Assembly (NCBI GenBank): GCA_963737905.1
Contig: CAVTUQ010000034.1
Location: 96,001-160,000 of the forward strand
DNA from: an uncultured delta proteobacterium
GTDB taxonomy: Bacteria; Desulfobacterota; Binatia; UBA9968
Length of the DNA stretch: 64,000 nt
Direction of reading: 5' to 3'
Shown here: positions 20,782 through 30,461 of the stretch, one piece after another
Layout: each line of letters opens with the position of its first letter
Position numbering within the stretch: the stretch's first letter is position 1
Position numbers and translations under genes: made by a program
The notes under the pieces: generated by a model
What the model was told of the DNA's origin: nothing
Databases searched by the model: none
The model's input: only the letters and a program-made list of their open reading frames with translations

Positions 20782-22149
20782 GGTGTCCCAAATCCAATGT
20801 CCCGCAGCGATCTCAAGGCCGATATTCAGGTCGGCGAGATGGCCCTTTCGGTCGGAAAGTTCCAACTGTTTGGAAATCATTCGCTGCGTGCGTTGTAATA
20901 GGTCACACGATCAGCATTGCCTTCGAGTAAGGCCTCACGATACGATCTACGACAATCTCCCGCCTCGGGATCGCCTCTTCGGCCCCCTCGATCTGTCGCT
21001 ATTGAGCTCAAATCCGCGATATTGCGTGCAATCTCGCCTCGTGCTTCGAAGAGACGGGCCATATATTCGTCGAAGAGTTGCTTCCGTGTCGCGTCTTAAT
21101 CGCAATACTGCCCTGGTTTCGATCGAAGAACGGCAGATCGAGTGTGATTCCGAAACCCGTGGTAACAACGTCGGTATTGTCCCGGGCCCTCGAAAGCCCA
21201 ATGGTGAGCTTGGGAAACTGGCCGAGAACGGCGGCTCTGAACTTTCCTTCCTGGCTCAGATATCCTTTTTTGAGCGCGAGCAGATCCAACCGCCTTTCTT
21301 CCAGGCCATTGGTCGATTTCTCAACTGTAGGAGCGTAATCAGATCGGGAGGCGAAGTATTATGTCCCAAGGGAAAAATTTCGAGGCGGGAAAATCCAACG
21401 ACTGATTCAGAGAAAGATGTCCTCTTCGCGCTGCCGGTCGATGGTAAGCCGGCGGGCGATCCGTTTCAATGCCGTCTCTGCGGCGGCCAGTCCACCATCG
21501 TCAGGACCCCGAGATCGACGCCGCGTTTAATCCGATCGAGGTCTTCCTCAGGTCCTCGACTTCGTTTCTGGCAATTCTCAGTTCTCTTCTCGAGGAAGAC
21601 AGGTTATACACTTGGATCTTTGGCGCTGAGCGAACTGCCATTCCTGCCAGGCTATGTCGAGGTCGACCGCGGCCACGTCAGCTTGAGCGGATGCTAATTT
21701 GGCATTGCGAGAAATCAGCGAAGTAATCTCCCAATTCAGGCCTTATGTTGAAGCCATTGAACAGCTCCTTGAGTCGCGCCGGCTGTGGGTACGTCGAGAC
21801 CGTATGTATAATTGCGGGTTGGGAAGGACGCCGGCTTGTAGAAGTTGCGCCGCGACAATTTTTCGCTGATCGCGACTTGCGCGCAGCTTGGGATTGGCAA
21901 TCACCGCGAGGATCGCCGCTTCGTCGGGGGACAAGCCATCGTCGATATCGAATTCGATGGGTTTCAGGATGGGATGCCGAATCGTCTTTTGCCTGGACCT
22001 GTATGGCTTCCATGCTCGGCGTCGCAAGCCGTGCGGCGACCGCGGCTTGACTCCAACGGCATGGGCTGATATGTCGCGCAGGCTTGAATCAAAAACAGCA
22101 GTAGGCAGAGCCAAGGCCATGAAAGTGTTTTTGCAATTGATGGAGCCAT
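20756..22149 (-). CDS. TolC-family outer membrane efflux lipoprotein, many frameshifts
   Basis: Lipobox-like LIQAC, then GLSPDEAAILAVIANPKLRA, QAGVLPNPQL and TLDLPFFDRNQGSIA. Confidence 0.7.
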
Positions 22150-22216
22150 CTTAAAAATGGAATGATCAGAGTTTGGCATGATGATGGGCACAGATAAAGG
22201 AAGAGTCTTAACTGTG

Positions 22217-22246
22217 CCTTTCACAGAAATTACATCTTTGAAAGGT
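22217..22246 (-). promoter_or_regulatory. Putative response-regulator box, copy 3 (upstream of tolC-MFP-RND, divergent from fetAB)
   Basis: cctttcacagaa-attacatctttgaaaggt; the minus strand reads TGTAAT/TGAAAG/GTTAAG at 11-bp spacing. Confidence 0.65.
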
Positions 22247-22649
22247 CGGCAGGCTAGACAGAAAAGGCATTCGTGAGTGAAAAACGTTAAAGTTGGAAAA
22301 ATACCCTCGAAGAGCGCGCGCATATCAGCCGGGTTCGGGAACAGTAGTAACTACGTTTAAAATTTATCTGCCGCCGGAACGGGAACATGTCGACGCTAAG
22401 GGTAGGGTGGAGAAGACAATCAAAGCTCTGATCTGATCGCAGTTGCTATCGACCGTCGGACCGTTGAGAATCATCGGCAGGCTACGCCCGAACTCAATCC
22501 CTCTTCTCACAAGCATTGATTCGTTCAAACCGGTTTTACAATGGTCTGGACGGAGATGCGCTGCGAGGGCGTTAGAGAGGTCGGCCGCCGATGCCGGCGG
22601 TATTTGGCGCCACCGAGAAACGTTGACAAGTTCGGATCGCTAGTGGATA

Positions 22650-23507
22650 TTGCAGCCGAATCGGGATTCATTGATGGAGAGTATTCCGCACAAGGAGGCT
22701 GGAGTCCGCCACGACCGAATTGCCGCTCCCGACTACGACGAGAACGATTCGATTTTTGAAATAGACCATCTTTCCCTGGCCTATCCCAACGGTCGCGACC
22801 GTCCGGCCATAGACATCTTAAACGACATCTCCTTCACCATGGAGCGCGGCAGCGCACTCACAATCATCGGTCCATCCGGTTCTGGAAAGTCAAGCGTGCT
22901 TCGCTGTCTCAATCGCCTCGCCGAGCCAACCGCCGGGACCGTGCGATTTGATGGACGCGACGTCAGATCGTTTGATCCCCGTGAACTGCGGTGTCGCGTC
23001 GCTCTCGTCATGCAGACACCGGTGATGTTTGAAGGAACAGTCCGCGATAATCTGTGCATCCGTCCTGCGGATATAACCGGCGACTATTCTGATAAGCGAT
23101 TAACAGAGACACTCGATGAGGTGGGACTCGCGTCAATGCTCCTCGACCGCCAGGCGACAACACTCTCCGGAGGAGAGCGGCAGCGTGTCACGATCGCGCG
23201 GGCGCTGCTGCGTGATCCACAAGCCCTTCTCCTTGACGAGCCCACATCGGCGCTCGACCCGCCGAACGCGCTTCTCATAGTCGAGACTGTGTCACGCCTT
23301 CGAGCGGCGCGTGGCCTGAGCATCGTCGCCGTGACGCATCAGCCTGATCTCGTTTACCGGTTTGGCGGCGGATTGCTTTATTTGATCAAGGGACGCGTCG
23401 AGGCGTTCAGGTCGCTCGGCGATCCACGTGGCGGCGATGCCCTCGATGTGGGCCTTCAGACGTTTCTGGCGGGAGAGAAGGTCACCGGCGGAGGTGATCG
23501 TTCGTGA
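22650..23507 (+). CDS. fetA: ABC ATP-binding protein, FetA/YbbL-like
   Basis: GPSGSGKS, LSGGERQR and LLDEPTSALD. Overlaps the following UPF0014 permease. Confidence 0.8.
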   Translation: MQPNRDSLMESIPHKEAGVRHDRIAAPDYDENDSIFEIDHLSLAYPNGRDRPAIDILNDISFTMERGSALTIIGPSGSGKSSVLRCLNRLAEPTAGTVRFDGRDVRSFDPRELRCRVALVMQTPVMFEGTVRDNLCIRPADITGDYSDKRLTETLDEVGLASMLLDRQATTLSGGERQRVTIARALLRDPQALLLDEPTSALDPPNALLIVETVSRLRAARGLSIVAVTHQPDLVYRFGGGLLYLIKGRVEAFRSLGDPRGGDALDVGLQTFLAGEKVTGGGDRS

Positions 23508-24298
23508 ATCCAGCCTCGCCGATCATCGATCTGTCCATCTGGCAACTGGCGCTGGCGCTGCTACTCGTAGCGGCGATAGTCCTGGTGTCGATTCGCCAGT
23601 CGCTTGGACTCGAGCGCGATCTGGTGGTCGGCACTGTTCGCGCCATTGTTCAGCTCTATTTAGTTGGGCTTATCCTTGCCGCGGTGTTCGCCGCGGCACG
23701 TTGGTATTGGGTTTTGTTGATTCTCGGCGCGATGACCGCGGTTGCCACGCATGCGGCAGTGTCTCGTCTTGGCAAGCCACTGCCGAACGGAGGGTGGATT
23801 GCCGCGATTGCGCTGACCGTCTCGACCAGCGCCACCCTCGCGTATGTGATCGGCGTTGTCGTGCAGGTGCGTCCCTGGTACGAACCTCAATACATCATAC
23901 CGATCGCCGGCATGATCCTCGGCAACTCGATGACGAGCGCCGCGCTTGCTGGCGACCGTCTGCAGAGCGACCTTCGGGCCCGCGCGGATGAAATCGAGGC
24001 GAGGCTCGCGCTCGGCTTCTCCGGACGCGAGGCTGTGCAGCCGATGATACGGGCATCTCTACGGGCGGCGATGATCCCAACCGTGAATGGGATGATGACC
24101 ATCGGTCTGGTGCAACTACCCGGCATGATGACGGGTCAGATCCTTGCTGGCTCGTCGCCGCTGGTCGCGATCCGCTATCAAATGGTCGTCGTCTTCATGC
24201 AGGGCGCGGCGACGGCGCTTGGCTCGTTGATCTTTGTGCGGTTGGCTGCCGGGCGCTATCTAACTCCGGCTCACCAACTCCAGCGTTATCTGCTTTAG
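23504..24298 (+). CDS. fetB: UPF0014 ABC permease, FetB/YbbM-like
   Basis: RAIVQL..G, IPIAGMILGNSM, GLVQLPGMMTGQILAG..P..AIRYQ. Confidence 0.9.
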   Translation: MNPASPIIDLSIWQLALALLLVAAIVLVSIRQSLGLERDLVVGTVRAIVQLYLVGLILAAVFAAARWYWVLLILGAMTAVATHAAVSRLGKPLPNGGWIAAIALTVSTSATLAYVIGVVVQVRPWYEPQYIIPIAGMILGNSMTSAALAGDRLQSDLRARADEIEARLALGFSGREAVQPMIRASLRAAMIPTVNGMMTIGLVQLPGMMTGQILAGSSPLVAIRYQMVVVFMQGAATALGSLIFVRLAAGRYLTPAHQLQRYLL

Positions 24299-24426
24299 CT
24301 AAAGAGCTAACCGGTCGTTTCGAGAGGACGGGCTCGCGCGAGTGCTCGATCACCCGCGCCGCACGAGCGGTCACAACCACTAGGCAGGAAAAGGGGCTTA
24401 ACTTTGCGCTGACTCCTTCAAAACTA

Positions 24427-24457
24427 CCTTTCAGCAAGATTACTTTTTTAAAGAGTT
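24427..24457. promoter_or_regulatory. Putative response-regulator box, copy 4
   Basis: cctttcagcaag-attacttttttaaagagt, about 60 bp upstream of a TTGACA promoter. Confidence 0.5.
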
Positions 24458-24517
24458 AGAACTGCAATTTTTCAAGTATTATTTTAAAATTAGTGACGGC
24501 TGACTGACTTTTTTGGC

Positions 24518-24546
24518 TTGACAAATTTAAGTTATGCGAATAATAA
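24518..24546 (+). promoter_or_regulatory. Sigma70-like promoter
   Basis: TTGACA-N17-TAATAA. Confidence 0.5.
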
Positions 24547-25370
24547 AACTTTTGAAATTAGATGACCCAAAGTTTTTTACGCGCGTCGTGAATAATTTGA
24601 CGGCCAGGCGAGAGATCACGCGTCGGCATTTCTGGTAAGAGAGATCAGTTAAGAGAATATGGAGATCAAGATACAAATTGTTCGTTTGGGAGCGAAGTTG
24701 TGGTGAAACTATCTCGATCTAAACGGAACAGGAGCTAATTCAAAATGGCGGCCAAGGTCCTAATCCAGAGCCGACGGCCAAAGCATTGAAGGATTTTAGG
24801 CGGTCAGCACTAGGAGTAAAGAATGAAAAATCTCGATTGAATTTTCAGACTAATAGTAAAACACGTCCTGTGCTCCCACCGCGCACGAGGCAAAACATTC
24901 ATTGAGCTACGTTTAGACACTCACCACTTCACACCCAAACTATCACTGTGCCTCCACAATCAATAATTACCTTCAGACTACACAAACACAAGTAAGGAAC
25001 CCATCAAATTCGAAAGTTTAGCTTCAACCGCCAAACTAGTCGTCGGGCCTGGTGAAACGAATCAGAGTAGCTGCCGGCTTTGCGTCCAGAAGGCCTTACA
25101 GCTTCAACAAGCGATTTTCACACCAGGACATACAGGGATCCATCATTGCAAAGTAAAAACATAAACCTACGGACACGGGATAAAAAGGAATTCTAACCAG
25201 AACGCAATCGCAATCTTTGCTGTTGCTGATCGCGCAAGTGGTGTATATCGTAAACAATCCAGCACAATTTATGAAGGGGATAACCGCAGAAGCACCACAA
25301 ATCAAAACGTGCTAGCAGATTCTAAACGTCACTACAACAAAATCAAAAAATATACCCATCCATAACTATA

Positions 25371-25619
25371 GTGACAGGTTTAGTCAGACACGATGTAAAG
25401 CATGGACGCCAAGAACTGAATTTCTCGGAATGGGGATCTTACTATCCCGCGACACGAAGACGAAAGCTTCAATGGATAAACCGGGCGTTGCGCGAAGAAA
25501 CCATGCCGCCCTGGAAGTATCGCGTACTGCATCCGGGCACCGGCCTCACGCAGGGAGACCTGATGGTACTGGAACAATGGATCGAGGCGGAAATAAAAAA
25601 CCAGCCGGAAAAACAGTAG
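25371..25619 (+). pseudogene. Haem-binding domain protein (Haem_bd-like), C-terminal part; the 5' part is unreadable
   Basis: DVKHGRQELNFSEW...MPPWKYRVLHP..LT..D...LEQWI matches the C-terminal half of the family. The upstream sequence is A-rich and garbled, and no CxxCH is recoverable. Confidence 0.6.
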
Positions 25620-25639
25620 GAGCACTGAAAGGACTCCAA

Positions 25640-26491
25640 ATGAAAAACTATTTCTTTTTTGCGATGCTGTTCTTCTTGCCATTGGCGGTTTTTATGCTGT
25701 GCCCCAATGGCGCCGCTGCGCAGGTGGACCCCTGGGAATTTGAAGTCTATCCGTACCAGACCGTGGGGCGGGGAGTTCTCGAGATCGAGACGGATAATGC
25801 CGTGGTGGCCAATGGACACAGGGAAGCCGGAAGCGGGCTTTCCGGAGGCACTTTTCCAAGCTATGGCATGTGGTTCAACCAATATGAGTTTACCTACGGG
25901 TTTACCGATCGGATCGAGGCCGCAGGTTACCTGAATTTAGCCAAGCCTAACGCCCACGGTCTCACGTACGCGGGTTCAAAGTTTCGCCTGCGCGGAAGGC
26001 TCTTCGACGAAGAGGTCCTGCCCATTGATCTTGGCTGGTATCTTGAAATCGAATATCGGAAGAACCCGCAGTTCAACGACGCAACACTGGAGTTTGAAAT
26101 GCGTATTCCCATGCAAAAAGATATCGGACCGTTCTCCGTCCTGTTCAATCCGATTTTTGAAAAACCGGTGACGGGGTCGGAGAAGCACCTCGGGTTCGAG
26201 TTCGGCTATTCCGGCGCCGTCTATTATCGTTGGATGCGCGCTCTGTCTCCTGGAGTCGAGTTTTACGGCGGTGTCGGTAACATCAACAATCCCGAACCCA
26301 CGAAGGAACAGCAGCACTATATTTTCCCGGTTATCAAAGGCGAGCTGCCGCACGGACTTGAGTATAATTTCGGCGTCGGCGTCGGCCTCACTCCGGGCTC
26401 GGATCGTGTGGTCGTAAAGTTCAATGTGGCGCTGGAAAAATACGTTGGCGCGATCTTTGGTCCTTCATCCAGCAATGATTGGTTATGGTAA
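25640..26491 (+). CDS. Putative outer-membrane beta-barrel protein of unknown function
   Basis: Signal peptide (AAA|QVDPWEFEVYPY), alternating aromatic-rich strands (EFTYGFTDRIE, PGVEFYG, YNFGVGVGLT) and an aromatic C-terminus. Confidence 0.65.
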   Translation: MKNYFFFAMLFFLPLAVFMLCPNGAAAQVDPWEFEVYPYQTVGRGVLEIETDNAVVANGHREAGSGLSGGTFPSYGMWFNQYEFTYGFTDRIEAAGYLNLAKPNAHGLTYAGSKFRLRGRLFDEEVLPIDLGWYLEIEYRKNPQFNDATLEFEMRIPMQKDIGPFSVLFNPIFEKPVTGSEKHLGFEFGYSGAVYYRWMRALSPGVEFYGGVGNINNPEPTKEQQHYIFPVIKGELPHGLEYNFGVGVGLTPGSDRVVVKFNVALEKYVGAIFGPSSSNDWLW

Positions 26492-26620
26492 AGGGTGGGT
26501 TTGCGAGGACCAGCCGATAAACCTTGGGGGCATGGCGGTTGTTGCAAGCGTTCCCGTGAGGGAGGCCGCATCCGTCAGGGTTGTGTTTTCACAATAATGG
26601 GTGTCAATGAAGTGCGACTT

Positions 26621-27397
26621 TTAATGCCCAAATCTCCGTTCGCGCCGCTGATAGCTCCGTATCGCTCGCAGAAAATCGATTTTACGGAACGCTGGCCAGT
26701 AGGCGTCACAAAAGTAAAACTCGCTGTAGACGCTTTGCCAGAGCATGAATCCCGATAGGCGCACCTCTCCACTGGTGCGGATGATCAGATCAGGATCCGG
26801 GCAGTCACAGGTATACAGGAATTTGTCCAGCGCCTCTGGGGTAAGTGCTCGGAGGATTTCCTCAGGTGAATCCCGTCGCGTAAAACGCTCCTGAAGGTAG
26901 CGCCGGACCGCGTCGACGATCTCCTGTCGGCCCCCGTAGCCGACGCCAACGTTCACGAGCATTCGATCGTGGTGCTGTGTTGTTGAATCGATGCCCCGCA
27001 GGACCTGGAGGGTTGAGGCTGGAAGAAGCTCCAGCTTCCCGATGGGACGTACTCGAATTCGAAGCTGCTGGACGAAACCGCCTTGCATCCATTCGGCCAT
27101 CTTCTTCTCGATGACCCGGAGAATGGTGGCCACTTCATCGGGCTCGCGAGTCAGGTTTTCAGTCGAGAGCCACCAGAGGGTGACTACCGGGATGCCGAGC
27201 GCAGCGCACCAGGCGAGAACCTCCTCGGTTTTTAGCGACGCCAGAAGGTACCCCTCGGTCGGTTCCGACAGGCCCGCCTCCCGGGCGTAGCGACGGTTGC
27301 CGTCCTGAATCAAACCGACGTGGCGGGGGATGGGCCGCCGCCGCACATCATTGAGGAGTTGCCTCTCATAGACGCGGTAAAGAAGATTTTTCAGCAC
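26621..27397 (-). CDS. uppS: cis-prenyltransferase (UppS family), stand-alone copy
   Basis: HVGLIQDGNRRYAR, LSTENLTR, YGGRQEI, IRTSGEVRLSGFMLWQ and C-terminal RRFG. Confidence 0.9.
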   Translation of the reverse strand: MLKNLLYRVYERQLLNDVRRRPIPRHVGLIQDGNRRYAREAGLSEPTEGYLLASLKTEEVLAWCAALGIPVVTLWWLSTENLTREPDEVATILRVIEKKMAEWMQGGFVQQLRIRVRPIGKLELLPASTLQVLRGIDSTTQHHDRMLVNVGVGYGGRQEIVDAVRRYLQERFTRRDSPEEILRALTPEALDKFLYTCDCPDPDLIIRTSGEVRLSGFMLWQSVYSEFYFCDAYWPAFRKIDFLRAIRSYQRRERRFGH

Positions 27398-27546
27398 GGT
27401 TTATTACCAAGTCCTTATCATCTCTTTTCGGACTGGAGCAAATGAGTTCTCAAAAGCCCTAAACATCAGAAGGGACATTTAGTTTCATCCAGGATTTTGC
27501 AAGTCGCCTCGCAGCTTTGGCGAATATTGTAGCAACCTTACCAACG

Positions 27547-27577
27547 CTTTTCACGAGAATTACATTTTTTAAAAGGT
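27547..27577. promoter_or_regulatory. Putative response-regulator box, copy 5 (between divergent uppS and GT9 fusion)
   Basis: cttttcacgaga-attacattttttaaaaggt; the minus strand reads TGTAAT/TGAAAA/GGTAAG at 11-bp spacing. Confidence 0.6.
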
Positions 27578-27744
27578 CAACGAGTAGAGGGCACGATCCT
27601 GCCGTTTCACTTTGGAGCGCCAATCACACATCAGGGAGGATTTGGTCCAGTGAATAAAATCGCACGTCGGGAGTCATTAAATGCGAGAATGGCAACAGGA
27701 AGAACCCGTTTTGAATCCAGCCGAGGTTTGGGCTCGACAAACAG

Positions 27745-29763
27745 ATGGAATGTGAAGAGAAATATCATCAAATTAAAAATGTAAGCTTTAACCTGGGCCC
27801 GCTACGACAGGTTTGCTGGGTCGAAATACAATGGCGCAACGATGTCGGCTTGTGGAGTCGATTCGAAAGAGTTAGATCTAGAATTGACTTGGCGTGCGTG
27901 GAGGAAACCCCCACTCTCATAGATGCTACGCGGGTAGTAATGCTATTTTTTATGGCTTTCCCGAAAATCTTCCGTTATTCTTTGAACAAGAAAATTCGCG
28001 GCATTGTCAAATGGATAATGTTCTTGGATACAACCAAACCGCTGGAAAGGCGGCCCGACTTACATAAGGAGCAGGTTGAAAGGATTCTGCTTGTACGACC
28101 TAGTTCTCGTATGGGACATTTGATCCTTGCGACCCCGGCTATATTCTTGTTCCGCAAAAGCTTTCCCAATGCCAGGATTGATTTTGTCGGGTCGCCCACA
28201 TCTGAGAAACTGTTTCGCAACCTTCCGGTTGACCACCATTTTTGCATTCGCCGTTTTCCACTCTCCTTTTGGGCTTACCTTGCCCTTATAAAACGAATAA
28301 GATCCGTAGGGTACGACCTTGCCGTCGATCTTAGTTGTTCAGAGTCAAGCACAGCTTCGTTTATCGTGAGATTTTCTGGGGCACGCTTTCGGGCTGGACT
28401 CCAAGGAGAGTGGGACCGTTGGTTGAACGTTCGGGTTCCTAGACCGCCGGAGGAAAACAGATACACAATCCTACCAGCTTTTCTTAGGTCTCTGGGTGTG
28501 GGAGGACTCGAAGAGACTCTTCCAGCTTTGCTTCTTACGTCTGCAGAGAAGGAGGAGGGAAAGAAGAGAATAGAGACACTGGTCAGGCAGGATCGGGGCC
28601 CTATCGTTGGGGTTTTTGTTGGAGGCAGGAAGTCAAAGGCGAAGAGATGGCCCAGCGAAAATTTCTGTCAACTTATTACAGCCCTTCACTTGCAGGGCGT
28701 GAATGTTGTCACGTTCTTCGGCCCTGAAGAGAAGAACTTGATTGGAGTCTTCAGCGATGCTTTGGACTCGGGGATTCCTTTGGTTTTTGAGCCTTCGCTT
28801 AGAGATTTCGCCGCCATGGTTTCGAATTTGGATCTTTTCATAACGTGCGACAGCGGTCCTATGCATCTAACCTGCGCTTTGCGCACGCGCACAGTCGCCA
28901 TATTCAAAAAACGCGATTTCGACCGCTGGGGTCCTCCTCCCAGTCTGGCAAAGATCGTTCACCAACCGGGCGCCTGTTCGGTCGAGGAGCTGTTTACAGT
29001 TTGTCTTGAGGAACTATTTCTTGATCCCGCTCCGGCTCGGTTTCTCAGGGAGGAAGGGTTTTTAAAATCATCACCCTCGGTGTTTATTTCAGGGATAAAC
29101 AAAACGGTTCGAATGCTCGAGCAGTCGATTGCTCTGCAAAGACTCTTTTTTTTTAAGCGGTGTGTTCAGGGTTTATTCCTTCTCTCGTTCATAATTTGGA
29201 CATGGTTTTTCCCTCCTTCCGGCATATTTGCCGAAGGAACATGGGCGGATGCATTTACTGATACTGTTGGGATTGGAAGTCTGATAGCGGGGGGCTTGCT
29301 GCGAATATGGGCGCTGAGCCATGGCGGGAGATGCACTCGATCGCGCCGAGCTCAAATTCCAAAGCTCATTACCACAGGTCCTTACGCTTATATCCGTCAC
29401 CCTATCCATGTGGGTAACTTGCTCGTCGGACTCGGGATGATTTTCCTTTCGGAGGCGTTTCCCCTCACGCTGCTTTTGCTGGCTTTTTTTGCTTTGCATC
29501 ACGTCATTATCATTCCCGCCGAAGAAGAGTTCCTCAAAGAAAAACTGGGCGACGGGTTTGACCTTTATTGTGAGTTGGTTCCGAAATACATTCCCCGGGC
29601 TTTGCCCGGGCGAGGGTTCTCATTCGGGAGGTATTTTCCTCTCAGCGAGCTTGGCCCTGCATTCGGAATTCTCTTAGCCGGTTTTGTTGTTGAGTGGTTG
29701 GAATCCCCGCTGCATCATGCTTGGGTGCTGAGTCTTACCGGCTTGTTAGGTAAGATTTTTTAA
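27745..29763 (+). CDS. GT9 (heptosyltransferase-like) glycosyltransferase fused to an ICMT/PEMT-family membrane methyltransferase; start uncertain
   Basis: GT9 motifs ILLVRPSSRMGHLILATP, YDLAVDL, KRWPSENF, TCDSGPMHL and WGP. C-terminal LRIWA..., LITTGPYAYIRHPIHVG and EEEFLKEKLGDGFDLYCELVPKYIP. Confidence 0.8.
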   Translation: MECEEKYHQIKNVSFNLGPLRQVCWVEIQWRNDVGLWSRFERVRSRIDLACVEETPTLIDATRVVMLFFMAFPKIFRYSLNKKIRGIVKWIMFLDTTKPLERRPDLHKEQVERILLVRPSSRMGHLILATPAIFLFRKSFPNARIDFVGSPTSEKLFRNLPVDHHFCIRRFPLSFWAYLALIKRIRSVGYDLAVDLSCSESSTASFIVRFSGARFRAGLQGEWDRWLNVRVPRPPEENRYTILPAFLRSLGVGGLEETLPALLLTSAEKEEGKKRIETLVRQDRGPIVGVFVGGRKSKAKRWPSENFCQLITALHLQGVNVVTFFGPEEKNLIGVFSDALDSGIPLVFEPSLRDFAAMVSNLDLFITCDSGPMHLTCALRTRTVAIFKKRDFDRWGPPPSLAKIVHQPGACSVEELFTVCLEELFLDPAPARFLREEGFLKSSPSVFISGINKTVRMLEQSIALQRLFFFKRCVQGLFLLSFIIWTWFFPPSGIFAEGTWADAFTDTVGIGSLIAGGLLRIWALSHGGRCTRSRRAQIPKLITTGPYAYIRHPIHVGNLLVGLGMIFLSEAFPLTLLLLAFFALHHVIIIPAEEEFLKEKLGDGFDLYCELVPKYIPRALPGRGFSFGRYFPLSELGPAFGILLAGFVVEWLESPLHHAWVLSLTGLLGKIF

Positions 29764-29828
29764 TCGGTACGGGTTTTTCCGCGCCGCGCTGCGTAATGCC
29801 GATCCCAAGTCTTCTTAAGGTCCGTCAG

Positions 29829-30401
29829 TTAAAGAGCTGGAGATTGGGGGTCAACTTTCCACAAGTAGAGCGTACGCGGTTCGGTAAGTTCCGAAGACGG
29901 ATCATCGGCCGGGTTCACAAACTCAATCTTCGTCGGTTTCCAGTCGTCGATATCGAAATCGTGCGCCACGACTCGCGAGCCCGGCTTTAAGAGCTGCAAC
30001 TTGGGACGCATTTGATTGTTGAACCACTTAAACATATAAAGCGTCACCACAGTGGCCTGGGAAATATCCACGGTGAGGCCGTCGGCGGCGCGGAACTCAA
30101 CCAGATGGCTGACCCCTTCTTCAGCGGCTTTGCGTCTGGCCTGTTCCACCAGTGTCGGGTTCAAATCGACGCCGACCGCTCGAACACCGAACTTCTTGGC
30201 CGCCGCAATGACGATACGCCCATCACCGCTGCCCAAGTCGTAGAGGATGTCTTCCTTTGTAACCTCGGCGAGCTGAAGCATTCGCTCAACAACCAGCATC
30301 GGGGACGGCACGAAGGGAATAGAGTCCTGCGGCCAGGCCTGTGATGGAACGATCGCCACTACCGCCAACACCAACAAAAGTCCAATCCGGTTTTTCAGCA
30401 T
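29829..30401 (-). CDS. Class I SAM-dependent methyltransferase with signal-like N-terminus
   Basis: PFVPSP, YDLGSGDGRIV and VVTLYM motifs. Confidence 0.85.
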   Translation of the reverse strand: MLKNRIGLLLVLAVVAIVPSQAWPQDSIPFVPSPMLVVERMLQLAEVTKEDILYDLGSGDGRIVIAAAKKFGVRAVGVDLNPTLVEQARRKAAEEGVSHLVEFRAADGLTVDISQATVVTLYMFKWFNNQMRPKLQLLKPGSRVVAHDFDIDDWKPTKIEFVNPADDPSSELTEPRTLYLWKVDPQSPAL

Positions 30402-30461
30402 TCACCTTACTCCATTTTGATGAGATGTCGGTTTACAGGGATTTTTGCAATCGGCAGAACC

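Noticed and set aside
5800-29800. Mobile genomic island
   Set aside because: No integrase, transposase, tRNA site or flanking direct repeats were seen, only patchy AT-richer genes.
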